46,195 nucleotides of DNA from a virus, in IMG/VR virus record IMGVR_UViG_3300021445_000001, positions 1 to 46,195 of that record; one strand, given 5' to 3'. This document shows, in pieces, positions 35,613 to 42,976 of the stretch (position 1 is its first letter; each line of letters starts with the position of its first letter). The notes under the pieces were generated by a model. It saw nothing but the letters and a program-made list of their open reading frames with translations. It was not told the DNA's origin and did not search any database. Position numbers and translations under genes: made by a program.

Positions 35613-35949
35613 TGACCCTCGCCGACTCGGTACGGACTTTGAGACTGACGTTGTGGAGTATGTGCGATCGCGGGGTCTTGTCGCTCGACGACTGGCAAGA
35701 GCTGGACGATTTGACCAGGGCGATATCTTCATCGATCACGGCTCAGGAGTCATCATCGAATGCAAGGCTCGCCGCGATAGAAAGTCGTCTCTCAACCTTG
35801 GAGAGTGGCTCAACCAAGCACACCGAGAAGCAGCCAACTACGCCAAAGCTAGTGACCTACCAGGACACCCAACGCCAGTCTTGGTAGTCAAAAACCCCGG
35901 CAAGCCCATCGGCAAAGCGTTCGTCATCCAATACTTGGAGGATCTGTAG
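35605..35949 (+). CDS. PD-(D/E)XK nuclease, Hjc-like Holliday junction resolvase candidate, 114 aa
   Basis: GTDFETDVVEY...GDIFIDHGSGVIIECKAR. ATG with AGGAAA upstream. Confidence 0.6.
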   Translation: MANDPRRLGTDFETDVVEYVRSRGLVARRLARAGRFDQGDIFIDHGSGVIIECKARRDRKSSLNLGEWLNQAHREAANYAKASDLPGHPTPVLVVKNPGKPIGKAFVIQYLEDL

Positions 35950-36293
35950 TGAGTGACCGGATATGTCCTGAGCCACCCAACGAAGAGCGCGTGTTTCTGA
36001 ATCCTTTTGACGTCACCACCTACGACAGTGTGGCCGGCCCGCGATACCAGGTTCGTGAGAAGTCTATGGACGGCGCAAAGAACACGTTCAACGCTTCCGA
36101 ATGGGATGTTACGGTTACCTTCACCCCTAAGCGACCTGTCATTAAGGTCGGGGATATAGTCAAACACATTGACTACGGTTTTGCTTGGCGTGTTCTTTAT
36201 ATTCACGACGTGTGGGCTTGGGTAGTGCCTCTGACCACCGGCACACTTACGCCAAATACACGGCTGCTCCGTGACCTCCGACCGGCGGATTGA
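35949..36293 (+). CDS. hypothetical protein, 114 aa
   Basis: GTG overlapping the previous stop (TAGTG). Confidence 0.55.
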   Translation: MSDRICPEPPNEERVFLNPFDVTTYDSVAGPRYQVREKSMDGAKNTFNASEWDVTVTFTPKRPVIKVGDIVKHIDYGFAWRVLYIHDVWAWVVPLTTGTLTPNTRLLRDLRPAD

Positions 36294-36633
36294 GATTCCC
36301 ATCGGCCCAACGCTTGAGGCGTTGGGCTTGGACACCAGCGCTGGGGTTGGGCGCAAGCTGATCTGTATTTTTCACAACGAGTCCAACCCTTCCGCTGTCT
36401 TCTACGAGACTTATTTCAAATGCTTCGCCTGTGGTGTTCAGGGTGACGCTCCCCGTTTGCTCCACGACTTTGAAGGACTCGATTGGAAGGATGCTTACCA
36501 AAGAGCAAAGGACCTCGCTGGAATCGAAGACAGCCCGTTACCACCGCAACATCAGCCAGGCAAGCGAGTATTTGACGGAACGAGGAATTTCGGCGGACAG
36601 CGCCGTTTCGGCCAGACTAGGGGTAGTCGATGA
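36271..36633 (+). CDS. DNA primase, CHC2 zinc-finger part (frame 1); the 3' ~100 nt is probably not native
   Basis: CIFHNESNPSAVFYETYFKCFACGVQGDAPRLL. Confidence 0.6.
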   Translation: MTSDRRIEIPIGPTLEALGLDTSAGVGRKLICIFHNESNPSAVFYETYFKCFACGVQGDAPRLLHDFEGLDWKDAYQRAKDLAGIEDSPLPPQHQPGKRVFDGTRNFGGQRRFGQTRGSR

Positions 36634-37120
36634 ATCCATTCCGGGTGATCCCAACGCAGCAGGTGAGCGTCTCAGCATACCCTACCTCACAAAATCCGGG
36701 GTTGTCGATATTCGTTACCGCTGCATCCGGGGCCACGATTGCGGAGAGATATCCTGTCCCAAGTACCTTGGAGGGGTTGGCGTCACTCCTCGGATTTACG
36801 GTGCTGGATTCCTTGTCTCAGCAGGTTCCCGGATCTGCATTGCTGAAGGAGAATTGGACTCTCTCATTCTCACTCAACTTGGCTATTCGGCGGTCGGAGT
36901 CCCCGGAGCAAACACCTGGAAACGACACTGGCGACGACTGTTCGAAGACTTCACCCGAGTCTACATTTTCTGTGACGGCGACGACGCCGGCCACGGATTC
37001 CGGACACACCTCATGGCTGAAATCCCTACGGCAGAGGCTGTCATGATGCCGCCCAAGCAAGATGTTAACTCCATGTTCCTGAAGGAGGGACGCGATTATT
37101 TTGACAGGATTCTCCGATAA
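36431..37120 (+). CDS. DNA primase, linker plus TOPRIM part (frame 2, +1 relative to the zinc-finger ORF)
   Basis: ARYHRNISQASEYLTERGIS...ICIAEGELDSLILTQLGYSAVGVPGA...IFCDGDDAGHGF. No convincing RBS for the in-frame starts at 36431 or 36491. Confidence 0.6.
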   Translation: MVFRVTLPVCSTTLKDSIGRMLTKEQRTSLESKTARYHRNISQASEYLTERGISADSAVSARLGVVDESIPGDPNAAGERLSIPYLTKSGVVDIRYRCIRGHDCGEISCPKYLGGVGVTPRIYGAGFLVSAGSRICIAEGELDSLILTQLGYSAVGVPGANTWKRHWRRLFEDFTRVYIFCDGDDAGHGFRTHLMAEIPTAEAVMMPPKQDVNSMFLKEGRDYFDRILR

Positions 37121-37343
37121 GGCGAACCTCTTTGCTGAAAAGCTGGTCAAAGACATGCCCCACAGCAAGGATGCCGCGCTTTGGTGGGAGGAAGCAGCCA
37201 GGCGGGCGGTCAAGTTCTTTCCGGACAAGACCTCGTATCTCGGCTGGGTCCACGGCACCTACGGTGGCGAAGAAAATCGCTTTGCGGCATCGGTCTGCTG
37301 GGATATCATAAAACTAGAAGAAAGTCAAACGGGGGAAACATGA
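37101..37343 (+). CDS. hypothetical protein, 80 aa
   Basis: TTG start, GAAGGAGGG 11 nt upstream. Start uncertain. Confidence 0.45.
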   Translation: MTGFSDKANLFAEKLVKDMPHSKDAALWWEEAARRAVKFFPDKTSYLGWVHGTYGGEENRFAASVCWDIIKLEESQTGET

Positions 37344-37717
37344 CAGCCCCGCAGTTCAGTTGGGGAATCGACGAAAACTCTGATGGCCTTCGCATACAGG
37401 TGGTCCGTGGTGAGCGGTCTGTGTCGTGGGTTGTGACGGGGCGAAGCCCCGCCAAGTTGGCCAAGATTTTCCGAGAGATCGCACAAGAGTTGTCCCATAC
37501 CACATGGCAGCCAGTAGGAAGGCCTCTAAGAGCCCCCGTGAGCGTCCAGCAGGATCCAGAGGTACCAGAGCTCGACCAGCAGACAGAGGAAGCCTCTAAA
37601 GCCGCGCTAGCGGCGAAGGCCGAGGGCCTTACCAGGCCAGGCGGGAAGTGGTTTTCGAACATGAATCAGGACACTGAAATCCCACTCGTCACCATGGGCA
37701 GGGGCGATCCGGAGTGA
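37340..37717 (+). CDS. hypothetical protein, 125 aa (MTAPQFSWGIDEN...)
   Basis: ATGA overlap with the previous gene; GGGGGA upstream. Confidence 0.6.
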   Translation: MTAPQFSWGIDENSDGLRIQVVRGERSVSWVVTGRSPAKLAKIFREIAQELSHTTWQPVGRPLRAPVSVQQDPEVPELDQQTEEASKAALAAKAEGLTRPGGKWFSNMNQDTEIPLVTMGRGDPE

Positions 37718-37806
37718 TCAACGGAACCATGAGGGATCTGGCTGCGATGTATGTCATTCTTTTTGTAATGTTCGCCATATCCTACATTGTTTCGTTGAGG
37801 TAGCAT

Positions 37807-38532
37807 GTGCAAGTCTTGACTATTGATCTAGAACTCACACCGATTAAAGCGCACGTCTGGCAGTTGTACGGAAATCAGTCTATTGGACTGAACCAGATAC
37901 AAGATTCACCAAAGCTTTTGTGTGCTGCATTTAAATGGCACGGCGAGGATACGATCTTCTTTGACCGGGGTCCCGCTTTCGGCGGGACGCTGGATCGTAT
38001 CTGGGATTTTATTGATCGTGCTGATGCGGTGGTCACCTGGAACGGCGATAAGTTTGATATCCCGCATCTTAAACGAGAATTCCTCTATGCCGGTTACGGT
38101 CCGCCCAAGCCTTTCGAGAGCCTGGACCTGCTGAAAACCTCGCGCAGAGAATTCCTGTTCCCGTCCAACAAGCTCGACTATGTGGCCGGCCAGCTTCTCG
38201 GCGCGAACAAGCTCCCGCATACCGGCCACCAGCTTTGGGTGGATTGCATGGCTGGGGATGAGGCAGCGTGGGCCTTGATGGAGAAATACAACCGCCGTGA
38301 CGTCTGGCTCACAGACCAATTGTACCCCATCTTTCTGCCGTGGATCAAGAAGCACCCCAACATGAGGTTGATGGACGGTCACGCTGGCTGTCCCCGGTGT
38401 GGTTCGCTCAATCTGCCTCAGAAGCGTGGTTTCCGAACCACTGCCATATCCAAATTTCAGCAATACCAATGCCAGGACTGCAAGGGTTGGTTTCGAGACA
38501 CGAAGAGACTTGATGGAAGTTCAGCCTACTGA
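37807..38532 (+). CDS. RNase H-fold 3'-5' exonuclease (DnaQ/PolB-exo-like) with C-terminal zinc ribbon, 241 aa
   Basis: LTIDLELTP...VTWNGDKFDIPHLKRE...NKLDYVAG...RRDV, and C-terminal CPRCGS...CQDCKG. Confidence 0.7.
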   Translation: MQVLTIDLELTPIKAHVWQLYGNQSIGLNQIQDSPKLLCAAFKWHGEDTIFFDRGPAFGGTLDRIWDFIDRADAVVTWNGDKFDIPHLKREFLYAGYGPPKPFESLDLLKTSRREFLFPSNKLDYVAGQLLGANKLPHTGHQLWVDCMAGDEAAWALMEKYNRRDVWLTDQLYPIFLPWIKKHPNMRLMDGHAGCPRCGSLNLPQKRGFRTTAISKFQQYQCQDCKGWFRDTKRLDGSSAY

Positions 38533-39175
38533 AGAACCCGAGCCGTGGGGCGCTGACGAAGTCAGCAAGATCGTTTATTCTGCGGCAAGGCGCGTGCGGG
38601 GTCGCTTTCATAACTATGTGGAGCTGGACGACCTGATACAGGAAGCGTGGCTGTGCATTTACTCCTCCCCCAAGAAGATGGCTGAGTGGCAGTTCCAGGG
38701 GCAGGCCGGCAAAGGCCGGCTCACCAGAGCAGTGATGAAAGCTTGCTCGCTGTACTCGCAAAAGGTCAAAGCCGCAAGGCTTGGCTACCGTCCGGACGAT
38801 CTGTTCTACTACGGGCCGAAACTGTTCCGCCACATGATCGTGCAGATTCTGGAAGCCATCGGGGAGAACGAGAACTACGAGAACTTTCCGGATCGTGCGG
38901 TGTGGGTGGATGTGGAGACTGCCCTACTCACCCTGTCGGACTCGGACTATCAAATCATCTGGTGGGCTTTCAAAGGCGACTTGGACGAAGAGGAAGGATA
39001 CGCGAATGTGGCAAGCCATCTTGGGCTCACTCCTGATGCAGCTCGACAGCGTGTCAACCGGATTCTTCGGCGCATGCAGAACACTTTGGGTGGAGAGAAT
39101 CCGACGCCGCGCCGTAAGGCGCGATCCAATGCACAAGCAGCGGCGGAACTTCTAGCACAGTGGGAAGGTGACTAA
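38513..39175 (+). CDS. sigma-70 family (ECF-like) factor candidate, 220 aa
   Basis: Region 2-like LDDLIQEAWLCIY. Region 4-like LSDSDYQIIWWAF...YANVASHLGLTPDAARQRVNRILRRMQNTL. Confidence 0.6.
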   Translation: MEVQPTEEPEPWGADEVSKIVYSAARRVRGRFHNYVELDDLIQEAWLCIYSSPKKMAEWQFQGQAGKGRLTRAVMKACSLYSQKVKAARLGYRPDDLFYYGPKLFRHMIVQILEAIGENENYENFPDRAVWVDVETALLTLSDSDYQIIWWAFKGDLDEEEGYANVASHLGLTPDAARQRVNRILRRMQNTLGGENPTPRRKARSNAQAAAELLAQWEGD

Positions 39176-39354
39176 TGGTTTGTGATTGGTGTCAGCACTG
39201 CGCAGCAGCCAGCATGCCGGGGAGCATGCATACAAAGTCGACGTGGAAGCGCTTTCGGTGCCCAGAGGGCACCTGGTGTGACTGTCAGCACCGGGAGCCA
39301 GGAACGGCGGTAAATCGTGAGCAATACGAAGAAAGCCAGCAAGCCGGCGATTGA
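39175..39354 (+). CDS. small Cys-rich protein, 59 aa (MVCDWCQHC...CPEGTWCDCQH...)
   Basis: Hand translation. TAATG overlap with the previous gene. One residue below the ORF-track cutoff. Confidence 0.45.
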   Translation: MVCDWCQHCAAASMPGSMHTKSTWKRFRCPEGTWCDCQHREPGTAVNREQYEESQQAGD

Positions 39355-39601
39355 ATTTCAGAACGAGTGGCAAATCCTGGAGGAGTCGGTTGCAGCGCTT
39401 GGGAAATTCTTAAATGAAGACGCCTGGATAGCCCCTTGCCACCAGCACATCTATTGGGCGGTCAAGGGTGTTATTGACAACACTCCCAAGCTGATGAAGG
39501 CATATGAAGACCTTTACGAGATGTCACAGGCTCTGGCTTCGGGATGGGAAGAGATGATGAAAGGCAAGACCCTTAGCGGTCTGGTGCTGCCGAAATGCTA
39601 G
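39317..39601 (+). CDS. hypothetical protein, 94 aa
   Basis: ORF track. GTG start; overlaps the previous mini-ORF by 38 nt. Confidence 0.5.
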   Translation: MSNTKKASKPAIEFQNEWQILEESVAALGKFLNEDAWIAPCHQHIYWAVKGVIDNTPKLMKAYEDLYEMSQALASGWEEMMKGKTLSGLVLPKC

Positions 39602-39753
39602 TCTTCACTAAATGGCTCAGTCTTTGTACACAATTGTTTTGTATGGCGTTTGTCGCCATCTCTGGGCAAGCCCCAACGGCTATCCGTTGGGTGTTTGGTG
39701 CTTATACGTTCCTGGTCTTGGCCCTAGCTTTGGGAGAACACATTGAAGACTGA
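39595..39753 (+). CDS. possible small membrane protein, 52 aa
   Basis: Hand translation: MLVFTKWLSLCTQLFCMAFVAISGQAPTAIRWVFGAYTFLVLALALGEHIED. No clear RBS. Confidence 0.3.
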   Translation: MLVFTKWLSLCTQLFCMAFVAISGQAPTAIRWVFGAYTFLVLALALGEHIED

Positions 39754-39871
39754 ACCGGACGACCCTTGCTGGTGCTGTGGTGAAAGCGAGTCGGAAGGTT
39801 GCTACTGCTGGTCAGGATGTGAGCGGGGGAAGATGGAAGAAGAGGAGAACGGTGAATACGATGAAGACTAG
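39743..39871 (+). CDS. possible small Cys-rich acidic protein, 42 aa
   Basis: TTG start 5 nt after GGGAGA. Sequence ...PCWCCGESESEGCYCWSGCERGKMEEEENGEYDED. Confidence 0.3.
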   Translation: MKTEPDDPCWCCGESESEGCYCWSGCERGKMEEEENGEYDED

Positions 39872-40079
39872 CTCCGATGATCCCGCTTACGCTCTTCTGC
39901 TGGACGACTTCACCACGACCCCAGACCCGCTGATCCAGCGGGCCGGCTGCTACATCTGTGACGATCCCGAGTACGCGCTTATGGGGCTGCCACTGTGTTA
40001 TGCCTGTCCCGCCTGTGGCGGGCACATCGCCGCTGATGATTGTGTCTGTGACGACTGCGGACGAGACTGCGAAGCATGA
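39861..40079 (+). CDS. small zinc-ribbon-like protein, 72 aa
   Basis: Internal ATG after GGAAGAAGAGGAG. Motifs CYIC...CYACPAC...CVCDDCGRDC. Confidence 0.55.
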   Translation: MKTSSDDPAYALLLDDFTTTPDPLIQRAGCYICDDPEYALMGLPLCYACPACGGHIAADDCVCDDCGRDCEA

Positions 40080-40103
40080 AGCCCCCGGCATTAGCCGGGG
40101 GCT
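40080..40103. terminator. Bidirectional terminator hairpin between convergent genes
   Basis: AGCCCCCGGC-ATTA-GCCGGGGGCT followed by TCTTCGTT. Confidence 0.6.
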
Positions 40104-40108
40104 CTTCG

Positions 40109-41623
40109 TTATCCCTTCATGCTTTCTAGAAACTCTTCCAGGGTCAGCCTAGACTTACCGGGCCAGTAGGCCACCGAATCACCACCAGGCAGCAGACACA
40201 CCCTAAAGCCTGCCGACAGCAGCAGATCTCGGCGAGCATCGACGTCAGACTCTTCCCACCACTGACCCCACGTCTTGCCCGAAGGCCTCTCCTCCCACCG
40301 GTCTGGTTCTGCGGGCAACGCGGCGAGGTTTTTCTGTTTCGTGGTCAACGCGGTCAAGCGGTTGATGTATTCCTGCTGATCCAAGACTAGGCCCGCGTCA
40401 GATTCGGCGCGCAGATTCTTCAGAGCCTGCTCAATACCCTCAAGCTCTGCCATGTGGTCGCTGCCAGGAACAAACTGCCTCTCCGGGCGGTCCAGCGGTC
40501 CTATGTTTTCCAAGAATGCTTGGTTAACCCGCTGCATCAGGTCTTCCTCGAAGATGCGAACACCCTTGCAGGAGGTAGTGCCTTGCTGCCACTTGCCGTA
40601 GCAGAGATAGAAACCCCTCCGCTTGCGACCGGTCTTTTTGTTCACATATTCAGGCTGTCGGTAGGCCGGCCCACCACACATGCCACAGAATGCGATCCCC
40701 ATAAGGGGCGCTGTATTGCGCGTGTGGCTCCCGTAATTGCTGCGTTCCTTCAGAACGTGCTGAAGCCGGCGGAAGGTTGTTTCATCAAAGACAGGGTCTG
40801 CCATGATTACGGGCTCTCCGTCTGCGGTGCGAACCGCCTGACCCTTGGATACCTTGTATCCAAGCAGCTTTTCCGATCGGAGCATCTCCCCAAGGGTTGC
40901 GGGGTGCCACTCAGGTGTGCGGTCTACGTACGCCGATCCTGCTTTCGGTGCAGGCACTCCAGCTTGGTTGAGAAGGCGCGCGACAGACCACAAGGATTCG
41001 CCACCAAACAGGTAGTCCGCGATTTCCTGAAGAATTCTGGCCTCTTCCGGCACGAGCTCCAGCGTTTTCCCGCGAGCAACGCCATCCACCATGCGGTCAA
41101 TGATGCGGTAGCCGTAAGGCGGAGCCCCGGAAGCCCATCGCGGTTGTGTGGCCAAGTAGTCGTGGGAGGACTGGACCCGCTCTTTGATCGCCTGTGCTTC
41201 CATCTCAGCGGCAAAGGCAAGAACCGTCATAATGAGGGCGGATAGCGGTGTGGACATGTCGAATTCGAGAGCCCCACCCCCAGGACCCTCAGTGAACATC
41301 AGCTTTTTGTTGTGGTCCTTGGCGAAGCCGGCCAGTGCGTGAAGATCCCGCATACTTCTGACCGCACGGTCCAGACGCCACCACACGATCACGTCATATT
41401 TGTTGATCAGCACAGGGTCCGTGAGCCACGGACCCAACTTCGGCCGGTCGAATGGGCTCACCTTGGAGGCGCTCACACCATCGTCTACAGCCCTGCCAAT
41501 GACCTCCCACCCACGGCTATCGGTAAGGCGGTCACAGGCGTTGTCCTGGCGTGTCAGAGAGGTACTGTCGTCCTTGCGCTGAGAAATACGGGTCGCCGTG
41601 AGTGCGCGAGTCATGCTGGTCAC
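40109..41623 (-). CDS. int: large serine recombinase (integrase), about 504 aa
   Basis: N-terminal resolvase-type catalytic region (TRISQRKDDSTSLTRQ...VIVWWRLDRAVRS), recombinase domain, zinc ribbon (CGMCGGP...C) and a coiled-coil-like C-terminus. GTG at 41623 with GGAGG 7 nt upstream; the longest ORF reaches 41695. Confidence 0.85.
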   Translation of the reverse strand: MTSMTRALTATRISQRKDDSTSLTRQDNACDRLTDSRGWEVIGRAVDDGVSASKVSPFDRPKLGPWLTDPVLINKYDVIVWWRLDRAVRSMRDLHALAGFAKDHNKKLMFTEGPGGGALEFDMSTPLSALIMTVLAFAAEMEAQAIKERVQSSHDYLATQPRWASGAPPYGYRIIDRMVDGVARGKTLELVPEEARILQEIADYLFGGESLWSVARLLNQAGVPAPKAGSAYVDRTPEWHPATLGEMLRSEKLLGYKVSKGQAVRTADGEPVIMADPVFDETTFRRLQHVLKERSNYGSHTRNTAPLMGIAFCGMCGGPAYRQPEYVNKKTGRKRRGFYLCYGKWQQGTTSCKGVRIFEEDLMQRVNQAFLENIGPLDRPERQFVPGSDHMAELEGIEQALKNLRAESDAGLVLDQQEYINRLTALTTKQKNLAALPAEPDRWEERPSGKTWGQWWEESDVDARRDLLLSAGFRVCLLPGGDSVAYWPGKSRLTLEEFLESMKG

Positions 41624-41700
41624 AGTAGCACCTCCGGAGTAAATGTTCATGGTGTTGCCAGGAACAACCGTAACAGTTACTACCGACTGGGTCAAGCAAA

Positions 41701-41722
41701 AGCCCTGGCTGCAAGGCCAGGG
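41701..41722. promoter_or_regulatory. Inverted repeat GCCCTGGC-TGCAAG-GCCAGGGC in the int / SLOG divergent intergenic region (attP or operator candidate)
   Basis: 8-bp perfect arms, located between the integrase start and the ATG at 41744. Confidence 0.3.
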
Positions 41723-41743
41723 CGATGGGTCTACACTACGCGC

Positions 41744-42205
41744 ATGAGGATCTTGATAACCGGGTCCCGGAGGTGGACCGATGACGACCTGATTAGGACA
41801 CTGCTAGAACGGCTCCACAGGGTCGGTCTGGGACCGTACACGCTTGTCCATGGGGGAGCTAAGGGAGCGGACAGGACAGCGGCTGAAATCGCCTCAGGGC
41901 TCGGGTGGAAGGTGGAGGCTCACCCTGCTGACTGGCTTGGGCCGTGCGTGGTTTCCTGTACCCCAGGGCATCGGAAGAAGCACCCCGGTCAGACTGTCAG
42001 CTACTGCCCCAATGCGGGTTTGCGCCGGAATGAGGAGATGGTTGCTCTTGGTGCCGGCCTGTGTCTCGCCTTCATCAAAGACAGGTCGAGTGGGGCCACG
42101 CATTGCGCCGAAGCCGCTAAGAAAGCCGGTATCACCACTCTGGTTTTCACTGCCAACTCACGCGATGATCCGCCGAAGAAGCCAAGATCCTGGAAAGGCC
42201 TCTAA
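41744..42205 (+). CDS. SLOG-superfamily DUF2493-like protein, 153 aa
   Basis: MRILITGSRRWTDDDLIRTLLERL...LVHGGAKGADRTAAEIA...AHPADW. No RBS, so possibly leaderless. The longer annotated ORF from 41312 is antisense to int. Confidence 0.65.
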   Translation: MRILITGSRRWTDDDLIRTLLERLHRVGLGPYTLVHGGAKGADRTAAEIASGLGWKVEAHPADWLGPCVVSCTPGHRKKHPGQTVSYCPNAGLRRNEEMVALGAGLCLAFIKDRSSGATHCAEAAKKAGITTLVFTANSRDDPPKKPRSWKGL

Positions 42206-42213
42206 ACGACAAA

Positions 42214-42235
42214 AGCCCCCGCCGAAGCGGGGGCT
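42214..42235. terminator. Bidirectional terminator hairpin AGCCCCCGC-CGAA-GCGGGGGCT
   Basis: 9-bp GC stem between convergent genes. Confidence 0.55.
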
Positions 42236-42245
42236 CTAGTGCTCT

Positions 42246-42458
42246 TCAGGCGAAGTACCGGCCGTGTGTCCTAAAGAGAGTGGCCACAGAGGCGGCCATC
42301 AGTACCACCACCTCCACATCATTTTGCACTTGCAAGCCCTGGTTCAGTCGCTCGTACTCGAACCGCTGTCGGATAGCTTCCCGGGCCTCGTCCTCTCGGA
42401 AGGCTTTGAGAAGAATCAAACCGTCCGTTTTAGAGAACACGATCAGGAAATGTTTCAC
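42246..42458 (-). CDS. hypothetical protein, 70 aa ((M)KHFLIVFSKTDG...)
   Basis: GTG start overlapping the upstream stop (GTGA). The N-terminal 24 aa of the longer ORF are Gly-rich and look off-frame. Confidence 0.5.
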   Translation of the reverse strand: MKHFLIVFSKTDGLILLKAFREDEAREAIRQRFEYERLNQGLQVQNDVEVVVLMAASVATLFRTHGRYFA

Positions 42459-42580
42459 CTCTTGCAGCCCCTGAACCGCCCCCACGCCATGCCGGCCACC
42501 AGAGCCACCCCCGCGACTGCCAGCCCCCACAGCATGCCCTGAGCGATGCTCAGAGACCTTCCCAGCGTGTCCGGATCCAT
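42455..42580 (-). CDS. mini membrane protein, 41 aa (MDPDTLGRSLSIAQGMLWGLAVAGVALVAGMAWGRFRGCKR)
   Basis: ATG with GGGAGGTGG upstream. TGATG overlap with the upstream ORF. Confidence 0.45.
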   Translation of the reverse strand: MDPDTLGRSLSIAQGMLWGLAVAGVALVAGMAWGRFRGCKR

Positions 42581-42681
42581 CACCGGAACCACCTCCCTAT
42601 CTGGGTGTATGCGAACCACAGGACCATCCACACGAACAAGGCGTCCAGAATGAACAGCCCCATGACGTACAGGACATGCAC
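42580..42681 (-). CDS. mini membrane protein, 33 aa ((M)HVLYVMGLFILDALFVWMVLWFAYTQIGRWFR)
   Basis: GTG overlapping the upstream stop (TAGTG). Strongly hydrophobic. Confidence 0.4.
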   Translation of the reverse strand: MHVLYVMGLFILDALFVWMVLWFAYTQIGRWFR

Positions 42682-42794
42682 TACTGGCCGCGCCGCTTGA
42701 GCTTGGAATAGACCTTGACCAGCACGACCCCCACCAGTGCCAAAAGCGCGATGTTGATCGCGAAGCCAGCCATCCAGGCAGCGTTAGCATTCAT
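42681..42794 (-). CDS. mini membrane protein, 37 aa (MNANAAWMAGFAINIALLALVGVVLVKVYSKLKRRGQ)
   Basis: ATG with GAAGGGAGGGGG upstream. One TM segment followed by a basic tail. Confidence 0.5.
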   Translation of the reverse strand: MNANAAWMAGFAINIALLALVGVVLVKVYSKLKRRGQ

Positions 42795-42836
42795 GTTCCC
42801 CCTCCCTTCGAGTTGCTGGCAGTGTGACAGGTGAAA

Positions 42837-42862
42837 GCCCCGTAGGCAAGAGCCTACGGGGC
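42837..42862 (-). terminator. Hairpin GCCCCGTAGGC-AAGA-GCCTACGGGGC (minus-strand terminator or attenuator)
   Basis: 11-bp stem. On the minus strand it is followed by TTTCACC. Confidence 0.45.
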
Positions 42863-42868
42863 GGTAGT

Positions 42869-42976
42869 TCAGAGACCCTTGTTCATCTTGTACAGGAACC
42901 GAATGAACGCCAGACCTCCGATAGTCGCCGTGACCGACGCCCCGACCATGAACCAGGCGAAGTCATTCCACGTCAT
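42869..42976 (-). CDS. mini membrane protein, 35 aa (MTWNDFAWFMVGASVTATIGGLAFIRFLYKMNKGL)
   Basis: ATG with GGAGGTG upstream. ATGA overlap with the upstream gene. Confidence 0.5.
   Translation of the reverse strand: MTWNDFAWFMVGASVTATIGGLAFIRFLYKMNKGL

Noticed and set aside
36491-36560. Programmed ribosomal frameshift in the primase
   Set aside because: There is no X XXY YYZ heptamer in the correct register, and no stop or rare codon that would drive a +1 shift. An indel or a split gene is more plausible.
39152-39373. 73-aa minus-strand ORF
   Set aside because: It lies opposite to the tightly coupled rightward genes and has no RBS. It is covered by a plus-strand Cys-rich ORF with TAATG coupling.
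41312-41743. N-terminal 144 aa of the 297-aa ORF 41312-42205
   Set aside because: This part is antisense to the integrase gene and Arg/His/Gly-rich. The recognisable DUF2493 domain begins exactly at the internal ATG at 41744.
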